A DNA stretch of 64,000 bases from the human T2T-CHM13v2.0 reference genome, Homo sapiens. The notes beneath the pieces are model-generated. The model had not been told where the DNA came from. It did not search any database and worked only from the letters and a program-made list of their open reading frames with translations. Made by a program: the position numbers and the translations under genes. Below, one piece after another: positions 41,331-56,133 of this stretch (its first letter is position 1; each line of letters opens with the position of its first letter). The stretch is from the NCBI RefSeq assembly GCF_009914755.1, contig NC_060929.1; one strand, written 5' to 3'.

Positions 41331-41959
41331 CATTTAACAACTATTGGATGCTGACCATGAGTCAAACATTGACAAGATGCAACAGATACAAGTCCAAGAG
41401 CAGATGCTCTTTTTAAAGGAATTCATACCATGAATATATAAGCTTATCATATTAGGAAATCCAAAAGCTAAATTAAAATATTTCCCAGAAGATAAATAGG
41501 ATTTCGTGAAATGTTATCATGCCATTATACTATTTTTCAGAGAAATGACTCTGGAAATTTAGTAAAATATTTGTTTTGTGGTCAAGTATGACTGAAAAAA
41601 ATAAACATTTTGTTAGGTATTTATCAAATCTAGCAATTTATAATTCTAAGTATTATATCCATCAATGTGATGAAGAGTCCAAATTAGTTATAAAATCCTA
41701 TTCTAAATAAACTTCTTCAAAAATGATAAATTTTGAACTTCTGAAGTCCATTTTTTTAAATTCTGTCAGTTTCTGCACAATAATCAAAATGTAAAATGTA
41801 AAACATAAAAATGTTAATTGCAACAAATTACATTTCTTAAACTTTTCTATAAAAACTCTTCAAGGAATGAATAGAATCTTCTCATTAGTTAGGGTGGTTT
41901 AGTATTTTCAGTAGGGTGACCCCTCTTTTTGTAGATGTCATGTTTATAGTAGGTAGTAT

Positions 41960-42003
41960 TCATGAACAGGCAACCGACTGTCTGTGAGTCCAACTAGAAG
42001 GAT
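41960..42003 (-). CDS. RANBP3L: RANBP3L last coding exon (DPSSWTHRQSVACS*)
   Basis: cag|AT acceptor; TGA stop at 41962-41960; frame continuous with the preceding exon. Confidence 0.93.
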
Positions 42004-43618
42004 CTGTGATATAAATTTAAAATGTTTTATTATACAATATTATATTTAGGGTAGATTTTTAATATTGAATGCAACTAAACATGAATATTAATGAATATAC
42101 TCATTGGTGATGAAATAAAAGCTACAGAATATACATTTTTACAAGCAACATTTAGAGATGTTGCTAAAATTTTAATCATGCCTCTTTTAGATAATTTATA
42201 AGCAACAAAGTGCAAAAAATTAGACCTTTTATTGCTTCCATAACATTTTAGCATTTGTTTTTACTGCCTCCTGGAGAAGATACTAAGTGAAAATGGGAAA
42301 AAATGGCAGGGGAAAGGGGGTTCATATGATTGACATTTGCTTTGCCTTATTTTCATTGTTTTTTATTAAGATAGTTACATAGCACCCCTTTCCTAAAATG
42401 GAATATAACAGAATATAGATATCATAAACATGTGTCATTAGTTAGTGAGAGAATTTGCTATTTAATCCTTATTTCAAATTGACATTGTTAATGTGTACCA
42501 ACTAGTTCTCTGATAGACCCCATTTTATTGTTGGCAGTGTAAACATTATTATAAAATAAAAGATTTTTTTATTTTATATGTTTTAAAGACTAATAAACCA
42601 TTTGTTTAATAGATTTGCTTAAAGTAGCAAAAAAAATCATATTCACTTAGTTTTCTGAATCACTGGGTCAAGCAGGTTATAATACTGATCTGCATGTTTT
42701 GTGTATTTTTCCTTTTGATTATAGCTTTAATATTAAGCAAAGGAAGATATTTCATCCAGTTATGTACGTTCTTTGATAGATTCTTAAATTACATATGATT
42801 AAAGCAGCTTTAATATTTCAAAATGATTAAGAGTTGAAAAAAATGCTTGTTACCACACTATCGTTGTAATTGTATTACTCAGTCCTCTGTAAAACAGAAT
42901 TCAGGACTAAGTGAAACTGTTAGTGAAAACGCTTGGATGACTTTTATTGGAATAATTACATCTGTATAACAAAGTTGAGCTTACTATGTTTGACATTGTT
43001 TTTCTCCAAAGAGAAGTACGAATATTAGTTTTAAATCCACATATCAAGATAAGCACTAAAACCTAACAGTCTGTTTATCACTGATTCCACTTCAACCTTA
43101 CTTTATTTGTGAATCCTGATACAATAAAAGAAATAGTACTTTTTCCCCTAGATAAAATAGGTCCTTGAAAATAGTATTTGTACAATCTAGTTATTCTTAC
43201 AAGCAGTCAAATTCTAAAAAGGGAATAAACGAATTTTCAGGGTATCAAGCCAAGTTTACCAAGTGGGCTTATTATATGTATTTATAATTCTTCCTAGTAT
43301 AGCCAATAATAAAATGAAAATAAGTGAAGAGAAATAAAAATGAAGGGTTAATTTCAGGGTAGCAATGTAATAGTTTTTTATGCAGTTTATAAGCAAATGA
43401 CATAGGCATCACCATGAAGCTGACTTGATAAAATGAAGACCACTTATAGAAGACAGTGATTTTCAAACCCACTCCTCAGATCCAAACAACTAAGGCTCTA
43501 GCCACCACTAACTTTAAACAGAGCAGTTCCACTTGTTAAAAAATCTACCTAATATATTAGGATCGTGCTTAAGAATTCTTTTTTAAACCTCTGAACTAAC
43601 AAAACAAAAGCTATTTAC

Positions 43619-43805
43619 CTGATCCATTTTTAGTGACTTGGATGAAATCATCCTCATTCTCATCACAGCTTTCGCAGTTCAATTGTTGGGCTGTTTCTGA
43701 CAGGCTTTCAGCTTGATTGACATCTCTCTGCTTATTGAAGCTTTGAAGTGCAACAAGACGATGATGTATTGCTGCATACAAATATGCTGTATCTTGGGCA
43801 CTGGC
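43619..43805 (-). CDS. RANBP3L: RANBP3L exon (ASAQDTAYLYAAIHHRLVAL...QVTKNGS), end of RanBD plus acidic tail
   Basis: cag|GCC acceptor, G|gtaaat donor, 187 nt; within ORF 43611..43820. Confidence 0.95.
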
Positions 43806-45952
43806 CTGCATGAGGAACATTAAATTGTTAAGAAAATCATTAATATGTTAGCTACATTTTACAGATTTTTAATCTTTCACTACTAATAAGGAAGGAATTA
43901 CATGGCATAAATCTACAGTGTACATAGGTGCTAACAACCCTAAAAATTAAGCAGTAAAAAGACAATCTTGAACCAAATTGAATCCTAAAATGTATACTTT
44001 TATAAGCAATCCCAATGTACACATTTTAAATTTAGAAAGTGAAATTTTGTTATATAAAATTTCTATTTGAATTTTTGAATTTAAATTAGTTAAGACCATC
44101 CCTCTTTCACTATTTTACACTATAGAAAATTGTAGGATTGCAGAGAATAAAGACTTCCATTTCCTGTCCATCACTTTGCTTGGACATTCCTCCAAACTAC
44201 ATAGCTTTGTGGATATGCTGAGCTCATTAGAGCAGTCTATGGTATTGTACCATAAATACAGCAGAAGTTCTTGCTTTTCAGTATTTTCCTATGCTATTTT
44301 AATGGTTGTTATTCATATGAAAATATAAAAACGATGGTAACAATAAAGTTGGCATAACATTTACTGTTAAAATATTCTTTTTTTCAATTCCTTCAGTAAA
44401 ACTGTGGGTTATTAATTTCGTTTATATTAGCAAAATATAAGCAGCACAGGTATTAAATATATGCTTGTTTCCCTCTTCCCTTTATGAATGAGGAAATTAT
44501 GGCTCAGAAGGGTAAAATGACTTGTCTGAGTTGCCAGTCAGCAAATTGGCTGAAAGTTGAATCCCAGGTTTTATCATTCGCATTAGTGGGATTAATGGAA
44601 TAAATTATGGTCCATAATAGAATAGAATTATTTCACCTACTGAAACAATTTTTGAAGAATAAACTAATGTCATGAAGACACTCATTAACATTGATAAGTA
44701 AAATAACATGTGTATTTCACAGTCATATTAGCTATTTAATCTCAGCAGCTTTTCTAAAGCCAATAATAAAATGTATAAATAAAATGTACTATTGTTACCA
44801 TCATTTTGCAGATGAATAAAATCAGTTTAAAGAAGGCTAAGTAGCTTTCCCGAAGGTTATACGGTATGTATGCTATGCTACATATATGTATGTATGTATA
44901 TTCTTACACACAGTTGTATGTGTATACTAAAATATAAGACCAAAATGTTAATAGTGACCATCTCTGAAGATGGAATCTAGTCATGTTTAACAGGCTCGGT
45001 CTCTGGCATGCTACTTTACCCACCTAAAACCAAGGGGGAATCTGGCCCAGACGACTGGCAAGAGTATTAATACCTTAAATGGTAAACGGGGTTTGTACAT
45101 CATCTTACCAGAACATTTTAATGCTCAATATCACTTACACCTAACAGTACACTTACTGGTAGCTAATAAACTTTGGTTTTTCATCACAGGCACCTGCCAG
45201 GTTTTTTTCCATATTACTACATGGAAGCCAATTTATTTGTATTGTCACCTTCTGCCTGAACTTGGGTAATCAGTCTTCTCCAGTCAGTCCATGGGGAAAT
45301 CCAGTTTTTTTTGAGGGGAGGTTGTGGTTTTGTTTTTGCGTTTCATTTTGTTTTGTTTTTTTAAGCTTTATTCTTGCCAGCTCTCTTGGGTCTGGATCTT
45401 GTATTTGAGGTCAAGTATTCCTCTGCCAGGAACAGCTAAAGCTGTGCTCCCATCCTGTTACCTTGGAGATTTACTCATGTCCAGAATTGGAATTTGCTGT
45501 TGGACTGGTTGTTTTAACTTGCTAGCTCTGTGTTTTTCCATTTCCCACTGGTTCTTTTCCAGTGACCTAAAGGCTTTTTTCAATCTCAGCTTGCAGGATA
45601 AGCATTAGGCTTCAAAGTCTGCTAACCTCTTCCTGGGAACCATTCCTGACAATAGTCACTTTGGTAACAGTAAGATTGTTCACAAAATTTCAATAGTAAA
45701 GTAAAGGCTAGAGATTTGATGGCATGTATCACACAAATGTCTTGGAATGAGTACCAATTGATTACATAGACTTTGGTGTTAATTTCTGAATTTCACATAA
45801 AATTTATGTCTTATGCTATAAACAGACATAATGAATGGCTGAGTTTTTGCCAATGGTACAGATTATTATACCTAATGAAAAAACAAATTAGTAATTGCAG
45901 ACGTCTATTAATTTAGTAGGATAATCTTCTATCACTGAAATTTCTCCCTTAC

Positions 45953-46095
45953 CTGAATTAAAAATATTTTGATGCTATAGTCTTCTAAATCAGTAGCTGT
46001 TATTCGTACATTTTTGTGGTTTGCTCTTTGAATCTTCATTTGGGCCCAGAGTTTGCTGTTGAGGATCAGCCTTAGACTGCCTTGATTGCGCATAA
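45953..46095 (-). CDS. RANBP3L: RANBP3L exon (IMRNQGSLRLILNSKLWAQMKIQRANHKNVRITATDLEDYSIKIFLIQ), RanBD core
   Basis: ttag|TT acceptor, CAG|gtaag donor, 143 nt; MRxQGSLRLILN is the RanBP3-type RanBD signature. Confidence 0.96.
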
Positions 46096-47776
46096 CTAAA
46101 ATAGGAAGGTGACTACATCAGGCCACAGAACAGTTGACACAGAGGAATTTACCATTTTCAAAAGCAAAATAAATCTTGTAGTTGTTTTTCAGACTGTAGA
46201 TTCAATACTAACTTGTGATTTGACTAGATTAAAACTTGATTTTCAAATCATACTTTATTATGTTGGGAGAACTTTTTTATCTTAAATGCTGAAATTACAC
46301 TTTTTTACTGTAATATTTAAAAGTGGTTAAAATTTTAGAACTCCTTTTAAGAACTGATGGTCTGAAGAATATTTGTCCACGAATTGTCTACAATGAAGAA
46401 AACCAAAACAAAAACCTTAAGTGTCCAAAAAATGGAATTAGTTAAATAAATTGTGGTGTAGTCATTCAAGAGAATATTATGAACCCATTAAGAATACTGC
46501 AAAAATAAATTTATTGATGTGGAAAAATCATGGTGTAATATGTAAAAGAAAAAATTAGGCTACAAAGCAAAATAAACACCATGAATCAGAACTTTTACAA
46601 TCTATGTGTACATCTATATATACAGAAAACAAAGGCCAGAAAAATATATTCTGTTAATAGATGTTATCTCAGGAAGATAGGCCTTTAAGTGACTTTAAAA
46701 AAAATTTTTTCAATCCATGCTTTCTGTTTTTTACAATGAATGTGTATTACCTGCATAATAAAAAGAAAGTTTCTTTTGGGGTTTGTTTTTTGTTTTTTGT
46801 TTTTCTTTGGGGGTATTTTTTTTTCTTTGGCAGGCAGTGGAATCAAACCAGAGTAGTAAATAACTTGGACCTGCCTTGGGACTATTACTTGGTTGGGTGA
46901 TTTAGAAATCTGTGTGCCAGTTACAGAACTGAAGACACTTTCTGTCCTTTTAATCTGAATTATATCTCTTAACCATTTCTTGAGTTTGATATCCAAAACT
47001 CAACAAATAACCTTATTCTTGGATCCAGTGTCTACCTGTGGTCTCCTCCAAAGTCCTGACCTCTCAAAATTGACCAATAAATCCATTCATCCTGCCCAGA
47101 TCTCTCCCTGTGCTCTCTTTCAGTTTGGACCTCTGAACAATGCCCATTGCGTTATTTTGAATGCTAGCTCTCTTGTATTTTTAGGTTTGACTGGCTCCAG
47201 CTTCTGAACATCACTGTGCCTGCAGGATTCAATAACTGCACACCTTAGAACTAATCTCTTTCCTTAGAGACTAATCCTTCATCCCGACCCCCATCCCATG
47301 TCTGGGATGCCAAGGATAAATTATGGGACAAGTATTTTCTTTTAGAAGATCTTTTCACTTCACAAAATAATTTGCATCATATTCTTTCAAATAATAATAA
47401 GATTACTATTTAGGTATGTGCTTGGCTCTGATATAAGTGCTTTACATGCTTTATCTCATTGAAATCTCTCAGTCACTCAATAAGTCATGAACTACAGTTA
47501 TTCCCATTTTAAATTGATATAAGTAGAGTAGAGAAAGAGATTTAAAAACTTATCAAGGTCACTAGTTAATCACTGCTGGAGCCAGAACTGGAGCCCATGC
47601 AGTCTAACAGGAGAGCCTACTTGAAATGGGAAGCTCCTATAGAAATATTTTCAACAGTCTGATTTTTTGGTGTATTTTATAGCACATCTCCAGAAAATGA
47701 TGTGTACCTATATTATTATAAGTACACAGGAGAAATCCTGACAAATTATGGCTTGCTTTACAAAAGGATTCCTTAC

Positions 47777-47897
47777 TTAGTCTTGACTGTAATGTTCCAC
47801 AGTCAGTGCTTGCTGTGTCATTCAGTCTCAACGTTCCTCTGCCCCTTTCAATCCAGGATTGTGTTGTTTTGTTGAATATGAAAAGCTTGCAGTTTAT
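47777..47897 (-). CDS. RANBP3L: RANBP3L exon (INCKLFIFNKTTQSWIERGRGTLRLNDTASTDCGTLQSRL), RanBD
   Basis: tag|ATA acceptor, A|gtaag donor, 121 nt; KLF...WxERGxG motif of Ran-binding domains. Confidence 0.96.
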
Positions 47898-49247
47898 CTA
47901 AATGACAATTTTTTAAAATGTCAAATATATAGAAAATTTTTTCAAAGTAAATTATTTCCTATGTTATGACACGTTTATATGTGTCTAGTCTTTTACCAAA
48001 ATAATCTTTGTTAATGATTTATAAACCAGCTTTTAAAATATATTTAACATTTAGAAACATATAACTTTCGGATAGTTCAAACATCAAAAAGTAAAAAGAC
48101 ATACAAAGTGAAAAGGGCCCCCAGCTTTTATTTCCCATCTACCAATTTCCACCCCTGCAACAAGTAACCACTGGTGTAAATATTTTGTTTATCTTTCCAG
48201 AGATATTTGTACATACATACATGCCAATACATATAAATGTTCCCCCTCTTTTTTTCTGTCAATGGTAGAATGCCATACATACTTTCTGATTTTTTAACAC
48301 TATGTCTATATATACATCAACTTTTATATTAATTATTTGAGCTATATAATGTTATTTGAAAGTAAAAGAATCATTGAACCATTTGCATGCTTCAATATTT
48401 TTAAAGAGAGCATGATAACGTGGAGAAGTAGGATGTGATACCACAGGTTACCCTACTGCAATCATTACTACTGTGTACAAGAATCACCTAGACAGCCTGT
48501 TAAAAATATAGCATGCTGGAGCCTCACCCCTAACAATTACTTCAATAAGACTGGAATTAATCTAATCCAAGGGTTATGCTTTGAGACACACTTAAAATAA
48601 AAGTGTCTGTAGATCATAGAGGAAGTGGAGAGGAATGGAGAGAGTTTAGAGAAAAGCAGATGGAGAAAGGCAAAGGGAAATTTCTGCCTTGTTGGGAAAG
48701 GGTAAAGTTGTAGTAATTACATTTCATGTGCTTGTGCTGATGGTGATACTACTCAACATTAAAATCCTATGATACTGTAGTGTGTATCTGTGAAATTCTT
48801 GAATTACATGAAATTCTAAACTTTTTTAAAGGAAGCTAAATTTTATATGAAATTCTAAACTTTTTTAGAAGGAAAACGAAATTCTTATTGGACTGAAATC
48901 AAGTTATCAACATTGTTAAACGTGTAAGTAGAATTATTTAATCACAATAATAGCACTAATTGTAAAAGCAAGTATTAAAGCAGGATACTTGGCTGTCTTA
49001 TTTCTAAGGGACTAATGTGAATAGTTGTAAACCTAACAACCCATTTTCCTGCCAGGTACACATACAAACACAAGAAGAAAATAAATTATTGGTTCAATTT
49101 TTGAGAGCATCCAACATTTTTATTTAAGCAACTTAGTCTCCATGAAAACTATACTTCTGTCTGTATTTTTAAAGATGCCTCTTCTCATGTTAACTTTATT
49201 CCAAGTATGTAAATGCTACCAGAAAGAGTAAAACATGATATACAGAC

Positions 49248-49378
49248 CTTTAACACATTATGTTCTGTTTCCTCCCCTGTTATAACATCAATTTTCTCCA
49301 GCAAGCATTTTCGTGATGGTTGGGAAGAGAATGCAGCAGCTGATTCAATTAGGGAAGTATTTTTAATAGAGTCTGTTC
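49248..49378 (-). CDS. RANBP3L: RANBP3L exon (TDSIKNTSLIESAAAFSSQPSRKCLLEKIDVITGEETEHNVLK)
   Basis: ttag|GA acceptor, AAG|gtctgt donor, 131 nt; the VITGEE motif begins the RanBD. Confidence 0.95.
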
Positions 49379-49760
49379 CTAAGAGAAAATGGGGAAAAAA
49401 CACTTAAAAGTCCCCATTTTCTCTACTGTGAAAGTTCTTTGTTGCCCCTATTACCACATATATCTACTTGGCTTCTTCTAGTAGTAAGTGATTCTAAAAA
49501 TTCAGACTGCTTGAGTTGGTGTAAAATCTCCTTATCAATTCCCCCATAGCATTAACTCAAAAAATTTTTAAAGCTTATATATCAGATAATCATATTTATA
49601 TGCTTTAATCTTTACCAAAATATTTGAAACACTGGATTATTGGTTTTTTAAATCTTATAGTAAATATTAATTTTACTTATATTAAATATTAATGTTAATA
49701 AATAAAAAACAGGAGACAAACTAGGTGAATCTAATGTTTTACAAATGAAAGAATTCTTAC

Positions 49761-49863
49761 TTGAACTTAAAAAGTTGACAGGAAATTTCGGAATGGATTT
49801 GAATGGTTTTTCCTTGGCATATGAATCATTTTCAAGTTGAGGCTGGGTGAGTTTTTGAGTACC
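49761..49863 (-). CDS. RANBP3L: RANBP3L exon (GTQKLTQPQLENDSYAKEKPFKSIPKFPVNFLSS)
   Basis: cag|GGT acceptor, A|gtaag donor, 103 nt, phases match both neighbours. Confidence 0.92.
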
Positions 49864-50206
49864 CTGAGAGCGGAAAAAGATGCATTATTTTATTTAATAA
49901 AAGTTTTAATTTTATCCCTACTATGTTTGCAGTAAGACACTTCCGTTTTTCTGTTTCAACACAGCAAGCAAACCTAGCTGGTATGTTTTTGTTTTGGACT
50001 TTCTGTGTGCTGAACAGAGAAATCGTCTCTATTGTTAGAAAGCCTTAGTTCTAATCCTCAGAAAACATCATCTAGTTACCACCAGCCTACTTCAGGTGGG
50101 ATCTAGTCCCGGAGGCAATGGGAAAGGTCTAAGGGCACAAAAGAAGGTAATAGATGTTCCACACTCTACTAGACTAAACTGATGCCCAGGAGGTACAAAA
50201 GAAAGA

Positions 50207-50335
50207 AAAGAAAGAAAATGTGCCTTTGAACTCGGGAGTTAAAAAGTATAATTCAATTTAATATTACTTTTAATTAATTTACCATTAGAAATTTAAAGTG
50301 ACAGCTCTGTATATAGTAATAGAAACATATACCAA
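50207..50335. repeat. 129-bp direct repeat, copy 1
   Basis: Ungapped match to 52950-53078 with 3 mismatches by manual alignment. Confidence 0.95.
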
Positions 50336-51575
50336 GGTATTTCAGTATCCCCAGAAATTTACTCTTGCTATCCACTTTATGGAAAAAAACAAAAAAGTTA
50401 TCCAGAGACCCCCACAAGATGTCTCAGAGAACATCTTTTTAGAAAAAATCCTAACTTTTCCTCCCAGACGATTTTGCCAACAGTAGCTTTTAAGGCTACT
50501 TGGGGCTCTGTATGTCTGTTGTAATCAAGGCCTGCACAAAAAAAGACTAATTGACATGACATTTGTGATAATGTGTAGCCCTCTGCAAAACACAGAGAAC
50601 TGGAACAATGATACTTAAGAACTTAGGCTTACATTTTTTCCCTTATGAACTGAAAATTCTTTCACATTACTTAACTAGACATCAAGATATTCCCTCAAAA
50701 TTGGTAGAGATGGGTATAATTATTTCCATTTTAAGAAAATAGAAACTGAGGCACAGAAAGTTTAAATGACTCACTCTAAAAACACATAGTCAGCCAATAA
50801 GCCAAGAGTGCATCCTGGCCCCCAAATCACAAGGCCAAAAATTTACAGGATTAGAGGACAAACACAAATTATCTCTATAATTCCTGTTATCCTTAAGATA
50901 TTACCAACTTAAAGAGATAGTTCAGGTTCCTTTATAAGCCTTTATAAGTTGAGGTTCCTTTAAGCATTTAAAATGCCCACAGGAAATGTGCACAAGTGCC
51001 TTCTCAAACAAAACCCGTAGTCCTGACTATAGTTTATTTGTATAGGTATCTCTCTGCCTGCTCTTATTAGATTATAAGCACCTTTAGGGCACAGTGTCTC
51101 CTTTAGCTTGCATAACCACTTAGGTGGTTTTCAAACCTGCCTGTACATTGGAATCACTTGACACCTGGCCTCACCCACAGGCATTCTGAGCTAATTGGTC
51201 TGGGATGAGGCCAGGCATAGGAAATCCTTAAAAGAATGATTCTAACAGGCAGCCAAATTTGAGATCAATGCTTTATATACCGTAAGAACTCAGTACATGT
51301 TTGGTAAATTGAGTTGAATGTTAAGTTGATCCTGTGAGGTTTGGAAAGCATTGTCTGACATTTTACAGACACTGTGGCTAATCTGGTGTCAAACTTAGAA
51401 ATAAATGATATGGAATAAATGTGCCTAAATATACTGCCTGTAAATTCACCATGGAGGCTGGTCCATTTTGGTTCACATCCAAAGGCATAGGTCACAGCTC
51501 TAGGATTGGTGAGTTGACCTTCATTTTGGGAATGACAGAAGGGTTCCTAAATAAACTAAGCCTTTAAAATGACTA

Positions 51576-51920
<345 letters not shown>

Positions 51921-52390
51921 TTAACGAGTTGGTTCTTTTATTAATCTAAATCCGTACATGGGTTTTTAAATCTCTGCAGCTTCTTTGGGATTCTTCATGT
52001 AACTGGTATCCCTGAGACAAGCTAGGCACGTTCGAGCTATCTCAGCCACTTTCCTGACTTGAGTGAAAGCTGGAAAAGGTATGAAGATGTGATGGACCAG
52101 ATAAAACCATAGGCATGGTTTTCCACAGCTTTCACTTTTCTGTAAAATTTTCCACTGTAGATCAGAGTTCTGTGGGGATCAGAGAAGCAGTTACCTCATT
52201 GCAAGAGGATGCTGAACATTAAATAAGGATGATGGTAATAACGTGAGGGGTTTTCACTAGGCAAGTATATTCTCCTAGGCAAGTAAAGCACTATGAATTT
52301 TCTCTGAAAGCTAGCAAAAGAAAGTTATAATAATGCTTTTTGATGTAAGAGCTTGAAGTTAGGGTTGTGGTTAACTGATAAGAACAAATT

Positions 52391-52705
<315 letters not shown>

Positions 52706-52949
52706 TTAAATGCATCTTGTTACAAAATGATGACATCGACAAACTATTAAACTATCATTACCAACTGAGCTTATCTAACTATTGCAGATGATTCTGGGAT
52801 TTCCTTGGGTACTTTTGGTTTAACACAAGTCAAAGAACTATTTAATATTTCACATCAGTAATAATGTTATAATTATACAGTTCCCTTCCTCTGTGGGTTT
52901 CTATTATTTTAACAACTAGGACATGCTTCCCAGGAGAATCTTTCCAGTT

Positions 52950-53078
52950 AAAGAAAGAAAATGTGCGTTTGAACTCAGGAGTTAAAAAGTATAATTCAAT
53001 TTAATATTACTTTTAATTAATTTACCTTTAGAAATTTAAAGTGACAGCTCTGTATATAGTAATAGAAACATATACCAA
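52950..53078. repeat. 129-bp direct repeat, copy 2
   Basis: Ungapped match to 50207-50335; lies 8 nt from the donor of the exon at 53087. Confidence 0.95.
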
Positions 53079-53086
53079 AATCTTAC

Positions 53087-53171
53087 CAAAACTCTTTCTA
53101 CCATGTTTTCTCCAAAAACAAAATTGGAACTGCAGCTTTTAAAAGAACATTTATCTTCATTTGGTTGACAT
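53087..53171 (-). CDS. RANBP3L: RANBP3L exon (CQPNEDKCSFKSCSSNFVFGENMVERVL), FxFG motif
   Basis: ttag|A acceptor, TTG|gtaag donor, 85 nt; FVFGENM resembles the RanBP3 FVFGQNM repeats. Confidence 0.94.
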
Positions 53172-54245
53172 CTAAGAAAAAGAAATAAGCATTTACTATT
53201 TTAAATACATAGATAAAGCCATTTTAAACCTTGAAATAATCAGATAATTTAATAGATTTATGTAAATCAAATTTACTGCTCACTTTTGTTAGTGTGAATT
53301 TAATGAAAAATGAAGGAAAAATTCAGATAGTGGCATCCAGAGGTGATTGTCAAAATAGTTTCCAGCTCTTACAGCACTGGCAGAGACCAGTCCTGACTGC
53401 CTCATGCCCATCACTGCACTGGCTGTGTGGTCAGCCAGGAGGGCTTCCCAACCCCTTTTGCTTTTCCAACACACCCTGTCTAGTATCTAATTTCCCCTCT
53501 TCTCTTCCTCAAGTGGCTGATGTTTTAGCAACCAGAGATCTCCAGGGCAAAAGCGAAACCCTGTCTGTTATAATTGAGTGTGCATTGGCTTAAATTTTTT
53601 GCCTCCCAGAAACTTTTTTTTAATGTTAAAAGTGTTTTTCATGATGAGAAACTCGAAGACCGGAAGCCCGCTCTTTGTAAACAGATGTGCTCAGGGTTCG
53701 GCATTGCATCCCCAATGCACATAGAAGGCACCTGCTACCGCACCTGGACAGAGCCCAGTCATGTGAGTCAGTTTATATCCACAGCTAGTTTTAACCTCTC
53801 AGATCAAACATTTATCCATCACTAGTAATACTAATAAATATTGCAGATTTATACTGCTTTCCTTGTTGCTTATCTAACCTATGCCAATAAATAATGTATA
53901 ATGCCAAAATAAAAGAAAAAAATGCTAGAGAGAGAGGAAGAGAGCCTAATCTACTAATCAGATAATTTATGTCCAACTAAATAAAAGTTTAGCCATACAT
54001 TTTCAAAAAGTTCTCACCCAAGTCAATGAAACAATGAAGACAATCCAGTATTAATATGATAATATTTAAGTATCGAAATATTTTTAAAAACATTTTAAAC
54101 TTGTGTTTCCTATAAAATCTCCTTTCAAATGGGAATCTTGGCAATTTATCCGTACAAGGTCAGAAAATTATTTTCCATGAATGGTTATAATAATGAAAGA
54201 ATGCAAGAATGAAAGGACAACGCTTCTATTTTCTCATTAACTTAC

Positions 54246-54349
54246 CCTACTGATGTTGCACCTAAAAAGTCCTGGTTAGTAGACAGCTGGACTGAAATTC
54301 TAGCCCTTGATAAATTTTCACTTAACAAATAGGAATTTCCCTCAGAAAT
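54246..54349 (-). CDS. RANBP3L: RANBP3L exon (ISEGNSYLLSENLSRARISVQLSTNQDFLGATSVG)
   Basis: cag|ATT acceptor, GG|gtaag donor, 104 nt. Confidence 0.92.
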
Positions 54350-55871
54350 CTGAAAGTAAAGAAATCCATCAAAAAGTTTATAAAGACTACCTTACTATAG
54401 GACCATCAGACAAGGAAACAATAGTTATAGTTAAATATATTGAAAGCTTACTATGTTTAAGTACTGCCTTAAGCATTTTATGTACGATCTCATTTACTCC
54501 TTACAACTCTAACACTTTGTACTTCTATTGTCCACATTTTACAGGTGAGTAAACTGACACAAAAAACTTAAATAATTTGCCCAGGTCACATACAGTGGCG
54601 ATCTGTCTAATACCGGAATATCATAATATTCAGAAATCCCACCATGTTTTGTTTATTTTTGCCATTTTAGTCAAATTGGGTTAATTCTCATTTCTGGATT
54701 AGTAAAGCTCTTTTCAGGACTATTTAATCCTGGGAAACACCCTAAGAATGTCACCATCCTAGTCACCCAGTGTGAGAGAAAACCCCACTCATCTATTTAT
54801 CTTGAAATTTTCAACTAGTAACTTATCCAGTTACTTTGCCTTATGTACATATGTGTATGCACAATACCTGAATTAATATATAAATGTAAGAGTGAGGAAA
54901 TTTAGAATTGGAAGGAACCCTATACATTATCTGATCTAGTATTTACAATTCCTTCCTCGACCAGGAATTTGCAAAGATGTTTCAGGGCGTTTGTGTCTTT
55001 TAAAGCCAGATGGGTTATGTTTCCACTTAAATTTTTATTTCAATCAATAAAAATAATTTTGAGTACTTTTTCTTTTTTAACAAGAGTTTGACAACTGACA
55101 AATATGTATCAAGAGAGCATGTGCCATGGTTGGCAAAGATCGAAGTACATGCTCATTACCTAGTCATTCAGATAATGTATCTCTCAGCCAAAATGGTAGT
55201 TTTCACTCCTATGTTGGTTAAAATAGTTATTTAGGCATATATTGTTTAATCTATACATAGTAAGTAACCATTGATTAATGATAGGATGAAAATAATTTAT
55301 CTGATTTTGATATACAAGATAATAAGAAATATAAAGATAATGGTTCTACAAAATCCACCTAGAGATAGTTTTCACAAAATCTTTAAATTACATTCATTTG
55401 GTCAAAATTCTTACATAGGATCTTATATACAGTGTGTCTCTGGATCTTCAAAGATCAATAAATGGAAAATTTAATGATGGGCATTAAATTTTCTTTTTAA
55501 TGATGGGCATATACAGTAGGGCTTTTCAATAACTGGAAATAAGGTTTATTCCCTAGACCTTATAATTTATTCAAAAATAAATATAAACAATAGCTTGAAA
55601 TTTTCTCTTAAGCTTGGATCATTTAAGAAGAAAATGGAAGAAATATATTAATAAATTTTATTTTAAAATATGCAATGCAATATTTACAAAAATTCTGCCA
55701 AGAAAGAAATATTGATGTATTTTTGATGTCATAACATGTAATTAAAATCTTGCTCTATATTTATAGTGCATGCCATTTTAAAATCAAATGCAATATAACT
55801 TTTTAGAAATTAGTCAACATATTATACTTTCTATTACATAATTTAAAACAAGTTAAACACCATGCATCACT

Positions 55872-56133
55872 TCTTTTTTCTCTTTTCTTTTTTGAGACAG
55901 TCTGGCTCTGTCACCAGGCTGGTACCATCTCGGTTCACTGCAACCTCCACTTCCCGGGTTCAAGCTAGGACTACAGGCACATGCCACCATGCCCAGCTAA
56001 TTTTTGTATTTTTTGTAAAGACAGTGTTTTACTATATTGCCTAGGCTTGTCTGGAACGTTTTAGCTCAAGAGATCCACTCATCTCGGCCTCCCGAAGTGC
56101 TAGGATTAAAAGAGTGAGCCACCACGCCCGGCC
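55872..56133 (-). mobile_element. Alu with internal deletions
   Basis: Antisense Alu lacking part of the right arm; tcacttctt on both flanks. Confidence 0.85.
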
